Numbered from the stretch's first letter, positions 39,261-51,714 are shown. The stretch is 64,000 nucleotides of DNA from Marsupella aquatica (GCA_973895155.1 OZ316897.1:17890457-17954456), one strand, 5' to 3'. Numbers and translations are program-made. Notes: a model not told the origin generated them from the sequence alone.

Positions 39261-39945
39261 TGATTAATGCCCTCAAGAATTTGGCCAATGAGTAGAAATG
39301 TAATAATGGCTCCGTACCAAGTAGGCTCCCCCACTGCAACATGGAAGAAACTCGGGACCATAGAACTAGCTCATAATTTGTACACGAGTTTGGGGTATCC
39401 TTAGACCAGCAAGAAGCCAGTTTGAGAAAGTAAATGAAATGCTAACAAGCATTTCCAAAGGAGAACCCCTTCAAAATGTTCATATCAAAGGTTTTTTTAG
39501 GATGGAAACTCCGAATCTTCCTCCAATGGAATTCCTCGGTTTATTTTCAAGGTCTGAACTAGGTCAATTTCAAGAAGATGGGCACAATCTTGAGAAAGAT
39601 CAGCAAGCAAGGCTCATGGAAATGTATCGTGAAGCTTAGAGTTAGCTTGATTCCTGTACGTGCTTCCTAGTGTTTTGGTCTGGTCAAAGGCATGTCATAG
39701 TGGTCTTGTTTGTCGGCAAGGACGTTTGGCCAAGTGTGTTGAGCATAGACAACAACTGCAATAGCAAGCCCATAAACCATCCAATGCACAAGTATCAACA
39801 TCGAGAGATATACATGTGGTTCACCTTCGGGCCATGCTCAGGCGCTCTGTCCATGGGAATACACAATGGTCTAGAGTCTAGTGGTGTTGTTCCTAATGGC
39901 TATAATCTCCCGCAAAAAGTGTTTGGGATTTTCTCTATGCGGACC

Positions 39946-40914
39946 TCAATAGTCCCTTCCTACAAATGCTTTAGCAAGTGACGTGACAAGTGCATCGTCA
40001 AGTTCTGCCTCAGGACGTAAACTACATATACGATGCATCACGTTCCAAGGAATCTCATTGCTATTGAGGTCCAACACACTATGCGTAAACTGTGACTTCC
40101 AAATTTTTGTTGCACATCTCTTACTACGTTGATCATAAGTAATTTCATTTTTTACCTTGTCTCTCTTTATGTGCAATAGAGACCACAGTGGAGAGTTAAG
40201 AAGAAGATAACATCTAATGTCACTTGCATGGGATAGTTTCTCAAGACAAGGCCAAAGAATTGTTAGAAGAAAATTATCTCCACCATTGGCATGCGTGTAG
40301 GGCACTGGAAATAGTCTGGTCATGCTTGGGTTGGCAAATGCCTTAAGGGGGGAGTCATCCACAAGGAGGGTGTTGGCCCGGGTGTTGGTTTCATCATATA
40401 GATTTCCAAATCCACTCCATACCACCCGAAAATCCTTCAGTAGCACATTTGCCTTTCCGTTTGTAATGTCATGCCTTTGAATGCCTGTGTCAAAGGCTTC
40501 CACTTGTGTGAATACAAACTTAAGTTTCAACCGCTCCTCAGCAGTGAACATCATGTTCAGCATTTTCACTGTTCGATGTACCCCAGCACATGTCCAAATT
40601 GCAACGTCAAATCGGTCAAAAACCAACTTTAGAAACTCATGGAGCCCTGGCCTTTCTGTGTACATGCGACTAATTCCATTTTTTCTATCCCAATGCACTC
40701 CACTTGGGATCAAAAAATTTCTGGATTTGCCCTTGCTTTGGAATTCAACTGAATCCCAAAGTATTTTGTTAAGATCCAAAATCAACAATTTGCGCTTGAT
40801 GGAACAAGGTCTTGGTTTTGCAAGTGCAACAAATACCAATCTTAGAGATAAAACCACATTTGAAGTTTGGATAGAGATCATCTCTGTCAATCCAACACAA
40901 GTGGCCAACCACAA
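39946..40914 (-). CDS. FCP1/NIF-family HAD phosphatase-like protein
   Basis: RKLLILDLNKILWD (motif I variant), ERPGLHEFLKLVFDRFDVAIWTCA, LLKDFRVVW, NTLLVDDSPLKAFANP. Start uncertain; candidate acceptor at 40926. Confidence 0.85.
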   Translation of the reverse strand: MWLATCVGLTEMISIQTSNVVLSLRLVFVALAKPRPCSIKRKLLILDLNKILWDSVEFQSKGKSRNFLIPSGVHWDRKNGISRMYTERPGLHEFLKLVFDRFDVAIWTCAGVHRTVKMLNMMFTAEERLKLKFVFTQVEAFDTGIQRHDITNGKANVLLKDFRVVWSGFGNLYDETNTRANTLLVDDSPLKAFANPSMTRLFPVPYTHANGGDNFLLTILWPCLEKLSHASDIRCYLLLNSPLWSLLHIKRDKVKNEITYDQRSKRCATKIWKSQFTHSVLDLNSNEIPWNVMHRICSLRPEAELDDALVTSLAKAFVGRDY

Positions 40915-43515
40915 AGAAAATATATCTGCATACTGATCAGATTCATTGAGAAACCGTAAAGAGGAGATGGATATTGATACTGATGCTCTAATTGTTAAAC
41001 TTGAAGTATAATTATACAGACTATATTATATCAAATTGATAAGGTCACATCGCTCAATCTAGACCTTGGCTAACAATGCGATCCATATTCATCAATCAAG
41101 ATATCATCACCGAGTTCTTGTTGGATCTCATAATTGACATCGGAGGTACTCTCCTCTACCCAATAAGGTGCAGACCAAACCGGAGTTATCAATCCCAATT
41201 CTCCACTTCTATAAGTTGGATCTTTCTTGTGCTTTTTGTACGAGTCATTGTTCAAAATTGATTGAGCAGCATCCAACGCAACTTCAGTTCCTACATCGGG
41301 TCCACTTTTCCACACGTAACATTGACAATCATATTCAAGTGACTTATATCCAGTTGATCCTACTCTCTTCCCTTTCTTTTTTGAGAGTGGAAGGATAACA
41401 GGACTTCTTGATTGTGATCGAACAAACACCAATTTGTCATCAGAAGCGGAAAAGAGTGTATTGGGACAAATTGAAGCACCTGCCTGGTTGTCAGCAGTCG
41501 TGGATGCACTTGCTTCATTCACGGGAATGTCAGCTATTTGGATGGGCTGTGGTCTCAATCCCAATGTGTCGAGTTCATTGGACTCACCATGCCTCTCCGC
41601 ACCTTGATTGAGAAGGTTGTTTGAAGAAAGTTTTTCAAAAGTATCAACTTCCATCTCTTGTCCAGGCACTTGTGGATGGAGACCATCTCTATCCAAGTTA
41701 TCATCATATTGGCCCTCGTTGGGGCCCATGGGGGTAGCATCTATAATTGGTGAACTACAAGGTGCAGATCCAACAATCATATCGTCGTCCACAAGGTCAA
41801 TATTTTCACCCTCGCCAACTCGGTCATCCAAATTCTTCACGTATGCCTCTGATGGCCCATCGTCTTTGACTGATTGGTCAGCTCCATCTTCTTGATCACC
41901 ATCTGATTCATCCTCAATAGCAACAGTGGCAAAAGAGGGTTCCCAATGTCTAGAACTTCCACCGACATAGTGATCATAACGATCTTTGATGGTGGGAACC
42001 TTCTCACAAAGGAACGAAGCGTATGCTTCCACAAAATGTCTCTCATGTTGAGAGTCACAATAAACAAAACATTCACGTTGAGAAAAAAGGGATGCCTTCA
42101 TCACTTGACCGCCAGAGAAAAAGTCAAGAATCAAATCCCCCGGCTCGGACAGTGTTTGGATGATCTTTTGGATCATCCGTGTGGGTTTGGTGTGAGGATT
42201 CACCCACCCACCCCGAGCGCCGACAATCTCAAATCGAGGTGCCATGTGCAGAAGGATTGCCGCCTCTTCTAGGGTCATCATATTTTTTAGATCTTCATGC
42301 AATGACTCCTCCTCCGCGTCCTTGGCCTTTCCCTTTCCCTTGACCTTCTCAACCACGAAATCAGTATCCTTTTCACCGTACACCCATTTTGGCTTCATTT
42401 GGTTGGGCTTGAACACTTCATCCCAACTGACGTTCTCCTCGCGAGAAATTCCGGCAAAGATAACCTCTTCTATTCCTCCCTTCCAACATGAGTCCTGAGG
42501 GTGAGGTTGATCATCTCGGTAATAACTCCCATACTCAATGTGAATACTCAGAGTTTTTGAATGTCCTAATTTACGAAGAGCACTTAGGACATTCAGTACA
42601 AGATAACCCGGATGGACAGTTATCATCACAACAATGGTAGGATTCCGTGGTAGCTCTACTATATATTGGAAGAGGACCAAAATCTCTACTTCAGTCCACT
42701 CTTTTTGTTGAAGTCGGCTGAAATCAACAATTGCAAGAGGGCATGTTGGAGATTGTTCTTCCAACGACTCCGGATCCACAGTTTTCATTAGGTTGTTACT
42801 AAAAAATGTGACCCACGGCTGGGTCTGAGAACTTGTCCCACCGCCAAACTTTTGACAGTAAATATCATCTAGATGCATCACCAATGTCATTGGCAATATC
42901 TCACTCTCCTTTGTATGATTCGACTTCAACAAATTTGTCAACCATACATCGCCAGCTGCTCTTCGGCACCTGTTCAACTCCGAATCGGGACCCAATAATG
43001 GGAGGACTTCAATCACTTTAGCCCAATCAGTATCTGTTGGGAAGTGTTTTGGATCCTTCTTGAAGTAGTAATCTCCAATAAGAGACTTCAATTTGATCAA
43101 TATCTTCACCTCCTTTGCAAACTCCTCCATCGCTGGAACATCTGACTTATTAGTTGGATCTTTCTTCAATAAAATCTGACCCGACTTCACCTTGTTCAAA
43201 ATTCTGGTCAAATCTCTATTTGAGATTTCACCATCAAAACAACAAAACATGGCGACGGTTATCGGCTTTTCGGACCTTTTGTTTCCCTGTGTACTAGCCC
43301 CATCAGGAAGTTTTCCATCAATCCACATCTGGCACACTAACCGCCATAACTCGAAAAGATCATTCTCGGCAAAAAGTAACCAGTATACATTTTTCAAGTC
43401 TTTTCTCCCCATGGTCATCCTTGCCAATGCCAGATAATCCTACAGTCAAAAATTAGGGAGAATGTTGTAAGTTATCTACAATCAATGAGATTTGACAACA
43501 CACAATCGCTTGCTT

Positions 43516-43692
43516 GGACAGAGACCATCTCCGTCCAAGCCATAACCAAAAGTAGAATGAAGTAAAATCTACAGAATGGAAGGTCTCACTCTTGGACAGA
43601 GACCATCTCCATCCAAGTCATAACCAAAAACATATTGAACTAAAATCAATGTAACGGACGGTCACACTCTTGGACAGAGACCATCTCTGTCC
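43516..43692. repeat. Three 21-bp palindromes at 78-bp period in the ParB-MTase intron
   Basis: GGACAGAGACCATCTC(C/T)(G/A)TCC at 43516, 43594, 43672. Confidence 0.9.
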
Positions 43693-45398
43693 AAACAAGA
43701 AAAATGTTTCTCACCTGAAATTTTTTACTCTCTTGGGCGTTTGATTTGTTGTCCCCGTGCTTTGGCTTTCTTGGTCTTCCAGTTTCAAGGAATTGTTTTC
43801 TTGCATGAACAATTGTATCTTTGAAGCACGATTGAAACACCATCGAAGAATTGATGGCATTTGATCTCATTGAGTGCTCAACCAGTATAGCCGATGGCGT
43901 AAGGTCTGACAATAATCTAGCCTTCCTATATTTTAACTTTTTTGCCAAAACTGTGAGCTTGGCATCAGTTTTGGCCCACTCAAGAACCCATTTGGCCGCC
44001 CTAGCAGAATGTTGCCCACTGACGGCAAGGAAAACAATCTCGCCTCTCTTCACTCCTGCAAGAAGGTCTTTGCGGTCGTTCTCCGTGCTGTCAAAATGAA
44101 GCAGCTTTCTAAGTTTTGGATTGTAAGGAAGAAGGTCCGCAACGTGAGGTTCATGTCCAGGGTTTTTCACCATGGATTCGGCTATGTGCTTCACATGGGC
44201 ACTGTTGAGCATCCTGTAACATAACCTTGCCGGAGCTGGATAAATTTTCTCCACTGGAATAGAAAATATTTCATTTATCCCAAAAGTATAGTACTGCTCT
44301 AGTATTCTTTGGAGAACATCATTCCCTTCTAAGACCTTCTTCTCCTCCGGGGCATCAAGTTTGTCTCCCTCATCCTCTGGGAGCATCTGTACGTCCGTCG
44401 GAGTTGACCGCGCAATAGTCTTGTCAGTTTTATGGTTCTTCTTTACTGGCTTCTTCTCGGGTTCCTTCGACAGTGTCTCAGTTTTCTTGTGCTCCTTCTT
44501 CTCTCTTTGTCTTCGCTTCCCTACCACTTGTTTGGAGGCTGTCCCGGCCGTTGTTCCTGCAGTCCCGGTTGTTGTCTCCTGAGATATTTTTCTAGGCTTC
44601 GGAACTTCTTTGTCAACAACTACTGGAGGCTTGTTCACCACTACTGGTGCAACATTTGTAGGCTTGTTCACCACTACTGGTGCAACACTTGTAGGCTTGG
44701 GTAATGATTCTACCCACTTTTTTGCATTATCCATTGCAAACTCCTCCGCAAATATAATTTTCTTGTCAAGGAAAACACCTGATTCCGATGATAGGAATCC
44801 TGCCTTGTCAAGCAAATTATTTAAAATCCATGTCACCGGAAATGTATAATTCCCTTGGTGTTTATGCATATTAAGCTTCACATATTGAAACCCATACATG
44901 ATGTCAAGTGGAAGAATCCCCTTCACTCCAACAGTCACCTTTTGAGTTGAATACGACTTAGGGAAAAAGCCCATTGCCAACACGCCAAGTTCTCCAGCTG
45001 CAGACCACTCAACATTGAATTATGAAGAATACGCCTTTGATGGTAGATGTAGTTTAACCCATCATATCCTTTCATGGAGCTCAAGAATGACGGAAACAAA
45101 CACTCTTCCTTCAATTCCAATGAAGACTACAGGTCCGAGTACAAGAGTCTCCTGATCTGTAGTTCTGACCTTTATGCACAAAATGGGATCCCGTCTCGTT
45201 GACATGCTAAGGAAATCAAAATCAACTCTGGAGAACTCAAGGCCCCAACAAAAATCTTCTTTGCTCTGCTCCAACAAGACTCCCTCGGAGCAATCTGCGT
45301 CTGAAATCTGTGGTTTCAATGCATTTAGATAGCTCCCTGCAATAGTCCCATCTAGGCATATTAGTTTGGAAATCTTACTTTTGTAATTGACAAAAATT

Positions 45399-45733
45399 GG
45401 ACAGGGATCATCTCTATCCTCTATTTGGACAGCGATGATCTCTGTCCAATTTGTAATAAAGATCATCTCTGTTTGATGAGAGGATACTAACGATCGTTAT
45501 TATCATCTCTATCCTCTACTTGGACAGGGATCATCTCTATCCAATTCCTAATAAAGGTCCTCAGCATCGTCTGATAGGACATCCTCTATCATCAGTTTGG
45601 AAATAAATGATATCTATGCAATTGGACAGGGATGATCTCCATCCATTTGGATAGAGATCATCTCTGTCCAATTCCTAATAAAGATGGCTATCTTCTATTT
45701 GGACTCTACTTGGACAGGGATCATCTCTGTCCA
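45399..45733. repeat. Cluster of the 21-bp palindrome
   Basis: GGACAGGGATCATCTCTATCC-type copies at about 45399, 45427, 45522, 45623, 45649 and 45712, plus half sites. Confidence 0.85.
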
Positions 45734-47139
45734 CCACACAAATATTCAACTTGTTACTGGGATACTCACTTGGATTGAGCGATTGAAAGGCTCTGGAATC
45801 CTTGAGGGCCATCTCCACCACGTCCTCAATGGATGAGAGGTCTGTCTCCTCTGTTGGCTCACTGACGAGACACACTGGAATAGGTCTAGATGGCTCCATC
45901 GTGTGACACGTGGCCTTATGGACACGTGGAGGATTGCAGAGCGTTAGATCTAGGGCAATTAACGTGGCGGCTATGGGGATAAACTTTAGTGCGGAGGCAG
46001 AGCGAAGCAGTGCAGAGGCGTCGGAGCGAAGGAGATTGGAAGCGAATGAGGTGGAGGAGCGAGCAAAGGAGCGCAAGAGCAGGAGTGGAGAAGAGGAGGA
46101 GCGGACGGAGGAGGGAGGAGAGCGAGCGAGGAGCGAGGAGGGAATGAAGAATGAGGCCCAAGTGGGACCTCCTGCCTCCTTTACCCCCCCGAGGCGAGGC
46201 AAGGCACACTGAACACGTGGGAGGCCAAGGCGAGTGGAAAACCCTAAATGCATCAAAGTGCAGCGCCCGACCTAATCCACTCGCCGTTGCTTAAGGCTGG
46301 TCACGCATCGCCTTATCCATAAGGGTGATCTTCAACAACTGGTATAAGATACTTTGGGTTGTCCGGTTGGTCCTCATTTGGTATTTTCATTTCTAGATTT
46401 TTGTTCTGTTCCTCAACCAGGTCCGTTCATTACGGAGCCCCATTGAGACACTCTTGTTTTCCAGACAGAACATCTAGTTTTAATTTCTTCCACACCCCTG
46501 AAGCATTTAGTTTACCAGGTTACTGATAACTACCCCTTCAACACAGTATTTTAATCCTGGGTTTGACAACATAAACTAAATTGAGTTTTGGGTTCAAGAA
46601 TCATTTCCATTACAGGTAACTTTAAACCTAATTATAGAATTGTAGCATATTCCATTGATATCCACAAATTTAGGAATTGGTCAATTGCAAGCTTGAGGGG
46701 GGCGAAAAGGATATCCAATTTCTCCACCAAAAGGATTCTAGTCCTTCCCAATTTACAAGGGGTGGACAAGGTGTTACACCAAATGGCTAGGATTAGTTTG
46801 TTGAGATTGGATGGTGAGATCTTGCATGCCAAGTCTTTGGAAGTGTGTCCAGGATTTTAGGAAGTCCCAATCTTCTTGGAAGTGTGCACAACAATTTTGG
46901 AAGTGTGTCAAACCTTTATGGAAGTGGTGTTCAACTAAATCTTTATGATCTTTGAGTCCTTTTTCTCTCCTTTTTGAGCAAATCCTTTTTGCGTCCTTTT
47001 GCCCCCCTCAATCTTGCAATTGACCAATTACTATATCTAAGTTAAGGTTGAAGTGAAAAAATCCCAGCCCAACTCACGATTGGGATAATCTCAATCCAAC
47101 CGTTCTTTGCTCAAACATTAAATTAGTGTGTAGAGTCAA

Positions 47140-47790
47140 TTGTCCGTACAGGGGTCATCCCTGTTTGCTATCTGGATAGGGATCATCTCTATTTGCTGTT
47201 TGGATAGGGATGATCCTTGTCCAATATTTGGATAGGGATGATCCCTGTCCACCGTAGAGTACTGTAGAGGACCATATGAACTATAGCACTTTATTGGATC
47301 CTCTACAGTTTGGATCCTCTGGTTGGATAATGATCCGTATTCGCCGTTTGGATCCTCTGGTTGGATAATGATCCGTATTCGTTGTTTGGATGGGGATGAT
47401 CCCTGTCCGCCATTTGGATAGGGATGATCCCTGTCCACCATTTGGATAGGGATGGTCCCTGTCCGCCGTTTTGATAGGGATGATCCCTATCTACCCTTTC
47501 AATAGGGATCCGTGTCCGCGGTCGTTCTCCGGATGATCCCTGTCCGCCGTTTGAGGTATTTGCTTGATTGGACCCCAATATGAAAAGTTTCCTTGAATCA
47601 TCCCTGTCAGTTGTTTGGACAGGGAATAGACCCGATCCACCATTTGGACAGGGATCAGGCGTGTCCGCCTTTTGGACAGTGACAGACACTATTCGCCGTT
47701 TAGGCAGGGATGATCCTTGTTCGTCGTTTGGACACTGACAGACCCTATCCGTCGTTTGGACAGGGATCATCCCTATCCGACGTCTAAATT
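47140..47790. repeat. Array of the 21-bp palindrome GGAYAGGGATSATCCCTRTCC with ~7-bp spacers (28-bp period)
   Basis: For example TTGGATAGGGATGATCCCTGTCC-ACCAT-TTGGATAGGGATGGTCCCTGTCC-GCCGT; well over ten variably degenerate copies. Confidence 0.9.
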
Positions 47791-47970
47791 GGGATCAGGG
47801 ATCTTAGGGCTAGATAGGGACTTTTTGGGGACCTATTATTTTGCTTGATGGGGATAATCCCGATATGCGCACTGTCCTTGGAGAGCGTTGACACCTATGT
47901 GCTTCCTAGTTGGGACCATTCTTAACTAATACTTTACATTTAAAATTGTGCAGGTGAATACGTTATAGGA

Positions 47971-50900
47971 ATGACCGGAATATTTTTTAGAGGAGACAAT
48001 GTGATATTGACAAATGATGGTTACGATGTTGCAAGCGGGACAGTTCAAAAAGTCAACCCGCAAGATAGTGTTCAAAAGATATTGTTGAGAGAGAATCGAA
48101 TGGGAGTTCTCATTGAGAAAGTTTTTGACCGAAGCACAAAACTACCATTTCCGATGCCTCGGGCACAAAACCTTTTTGATGCCATTGATTCTTGCGTTAT
48201 TTGGGATTTGTCTTGCGCATATCTATCAACGACAACAAATTCTCAAAAATGCATTAGTGTAGGTAGTTGTTCAAATAGACCCGAGAGTAATTTGGAGAAA
48301 AATCCAATTGTAGAGGAGGACTCATCGACCACTCCGAGGCAAGGGGATGAGGTTGAAATGTTCATCTTTGGGTATTGTGTAGCCCTTGGAGTTGTTTTCA
48401 ATACAAATCCAATGGAAAGATGTCACAACATTTTACTTGGTGAATCACGGATCAGTGTGAGGGTCACTGATGTCATTCATGGGAGTAGGGTTTTACCTTA
48501 CAAACACAGTGGGGCTGAAACAATTGACAAGGCAAAAGACTCATGGGTTCTCTGGGACGTGGCAGATATCCAAAGTAGAAAGAGTTTCTCAAAGAAGGAT
48601 GCGGGTGATGATATCAACATAGAGCGGAGTTTTGTTGTGGAGTCTCCCTTAGCTGAAATTTCTAAAACTAATTGTGACTATTTCCAACGGTCAAATTGGA
48701 TGTCAGAGTTGGTCGAACTATACATCGGTTCAGATCGAACCAATAGGGTTGCCACGGGGACCATCACTGTGCCTCAAGAAATGGTGGCGGTTGACGATGA
48801 AATGCTTGGTGAGGACCATGTAGGGATTGCTGTGAAAGATGTGGTGAAATCACAATACTTTCCCAACTTCCATAGGGGAGTAATTACTTTGGTTCGGTGG
48901 CAAATTGATTCAACAAAACTACTTGCAAATGGGAAATTTTTGTCGGACATTTTGGTTGAAGGTTCAGAGAGGATGGAGTCGGTGGATAGGGATGATCTCT
49001 ATCCAAATGTAAATGATAGGGGAATGCTGCGCACAAGGCCATACAATTTCAACAAGAGGACTCATGTAGATCCGATTGAAAAGAAGAGAAGGCTATTGGA
49101 AACCAAGGCAGTTTCAAAAACAACGGAAGCTTTGATTGATGAAATTAAAAGAGAGAATTGTTGCAAGCAGAAATGTTGTCTGACTATGCCAAGAGAAGAC
49201 ATAGAAGATATTCGGATAGAATTTCACGGGATGTCTAGTGAGTCAAAAACATCACACATTTTCAACCTCTTCCACTACAGAGAAGATGATGTTCGTGATA
49301 AGGGGCACCATGTTCTCAAGGGTATGGTCGTATGTAGACATGCATTTGCAATCATCCATGGCTTTAGCCACACAAAATATTATGACTACAAAAGGAGATA
49401 TGTGGAGGGCTGCAAAATTGGGTTTCATGGAAACACGGGCTCCATGAAAACAAGGTCAAATACCTTGCATGCACGAGCTCTGTTGGAGGATTTTTTGACT
49501 CAAAATGCAGAGCCCATGCCTCATATACCTTATGCTGGGGCTCATGGGACAGACTCCACTGAATATCGTCTTCCAGCATGTTACAAGAAGCTGAAGATTT
49601 TGGAAGATGTGAGAACAAAGATGAAGGAAGAGGGGCTTCCTCCAGTTACAGAGAATACTCTGTACAAGATTTGGAGCAAATCATTTGCAAACTTCAGTTT
49701 CCATAAAGATGGTGCATTTGCCAAGTGTACTCTTTGTTGTGAATACAAAGATAGTTTGATGCAAGAAAGAAGGAAAAAAGAACGTGCTGAAATTGAAGAA
49801 AAACGAGCGCAACATCTTCGTGAGCAAATGTCATGTAGATATGTTTACTATGCTCATCGAGTGATGGCTAAGCAACATCCAAGGGAATATCTTTGCATCA
49901 TTCACGACAAGATGGATCAAGCAAAGACGTGGATTCCAAAAATGGTCAGTACTCCTAAATCGCTTTCGGGTCATGGGATGCCGCTACCTATTGCTCTCAT
50001 AGGGATGTTGACCCACGGAAGGGATCCAGGAGTCTATGCACACTTTAGTGTCACTGGCCTTTGGCCAGGAGATGCCGATTTCACGGTGACATCCTTGGCT
50101 AAGTGTCTTCGAGACCTTGAAGAGTACAATGGAGACAAGACAGGTGACATGTTGGATGGCCTTTATTTGGAACCTCATAGACCTTTCTTTCAAGCCCTTC
50201 TTGACTTTGATGCATTTTTTAAGGGATATTTGGAACCAAAGAGTATTCCAATGAATAGGTATATTGGTTATGAAGATGCAGCCGAGAGTCAGACGGAGAC
50301 GGTCTCCACCCAACTTGGTGAGGATCAAGGAGGGGACATGCATGGGGAACAAGGCAGTCCATCTTTCAAGCCCTTGCCAAGGCACCTAACATTGCAAATG
50401 GATAACTCAGCAAAGGATAACAAAAACCATACTGTCATGGCATTTTGTAGTGAGCTTGTGAGTAGAGGAGTATTTGAAACTGTTCAAATGTCTTTTCTTA
50501 TGGTTGGTCATACACACGAAGATGTTGATGCACTCTTTTTGAAGGTATCATATCAAGTTCAGCACAAGGAAGTTGCAACTCTCCTTGCTCTTATGGCAGA
50601 GGTTTGGGAATGTGAGAGCATTCATCCAGTTCCCAGATTGATACAAGAAGTTGCATCTTACAAAGAATATCTTCAAACTTTCAACGTTAAAGATATTCAA
50701 GGTCACTCAAAACCTGTATCATTTCTTTTCTCTATGAGAGATAATGTACCAATATTTCAGTATAAGTCCCATGTAAAGCAAGCTTGGGCTCCAATTGGTG
50801 GAAGGTGCATTTGGGCAACAGATCTGACAACAAATTCCCTTCTTTTACCTAGTGGAGAGCCCTTAGCTAAATCCATTGGAGAGATACACAAAAAATCTGA

Positions 50901-51714
50901 AGAGATTATCCCATTTCTTACCAAGTACTTTGATTTTTTGAGAAGGAGTTGCACTGATGAGACATCTATAGCATATAAGGAAAGATTTCCTCTTGTGAAA
51001 TATTGGGAGAGAATTGTGGAGTTGTTGACAAATGGGCTTGCACTAGAAGGGGAGGGAAGTACTCAATTTCCCTTGAAAAATGGATTTTGGCCTAAGACTA
51101 ACCATGGCACTGGTTACAAGGTCAACCAACCAGATCAAAGTGATCCTCCAAGTGAAGATGAGGAGAATGCGGAGATGACGGCTCTTCAAAATGAGGTCTT
51201 GGAAGAGACGGAAGATCAAGCGGCACCATTTGTTGGATCTCGAGCTGAGAGAGAACAAGGACGGTGGATTCCCCTACAGGATATTTGTCAAGGGAACTTT
51301 GTATTTCTTCGACCCGAGGATGATTGGGAGAATAAAAATGGTGGAGGTCATTTCTGGTTGGTGAGAGCTTTGGGTTCGGTTGACCCTAAGCATGAAGTCC
51401 CAACTACATCTCCAACAAACCCTCCTCTGCCTCAACAATATGCTCCAATGTTTCCAGTCGAATGGTGGAGGCCTAAACACTCTAAACTTGATGTGACTGA
51501 GAGTGCACGGTATCTAAACTGCTTCATGTCCACTAAGACATGGGAGTGAGATCCAGGGTTTGGTGAGAACGCTCAACATTGGCAGTATGCAAATTTTGCA
51601 ATGTATGGTTTTAAATCTGGCATGAAAGAAGAAAACATGGCGGGCAGAGGTTTGAAGATTCCTCAAAATATTCTACAAACTATCCAAAGTTATCTCCAAA
51701 GGATGGACAAGTAG
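47971..51714 (+). CDS. Sola-type DDD transposase with three N-terminal Tnp1/EnSpm-like repeats; TGA at 51547 probably premature (frame stays open to TAG 51714)
   Basis: CCKQKC..VCRHAFAIIHG, FAKCTLC..H, LCIIHDKMDQAK, LTLQMDNSAKDNKN and SFLMVGHTHEDVDALF are transposase core motifs. The frame continues 54 codons after the TGA (DPGFGENAQHW...QRMDK*). Confidence 0.75.

Larger units (their letters stand above)
41070..45899 (-). pseudogene. ParB/DGQHR-like domain fused to N4-C/N6-A DNA methyltransferase-like domain (two premature stops near the N-terminus)
   Basis: Intron 43440-43714 (KKFQ|DYLALARM) joins ORFs 43646-44983 and 41070-43427 in frame. ORF 45062-45466 is in the same frame, separated by TGA and TAA. 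Possible intron 45421-45709 and ATG at 45899. ParB-like: SIPVEKIYP..YRMLNSAHVKHIAESM...FLAVSGQHSARAA. MTase-like: NPHTKPTRMIQKIIQTLSEPGDLILDFFSGG. Confidence 0.75.

Noticed and set aside
40915-41069. Splice fusion of MTase-like and phosphatase ORFs
   Set aside because: The nearest donor (41064) lies after the stop and is out of phase with the acceptor at 40926.
47136-47770. Minus-strand ORFs with DRDHPYP/DRDDPCP repeats as real proteins
   Set aside because: They are by-products of the palindrome array, with frame changes between units.
47140-47790. CRISPR array
   Set aside because: Spacers are only ~7 bp and similar to each other, there are no cas genes, and the context is eukaryotic.
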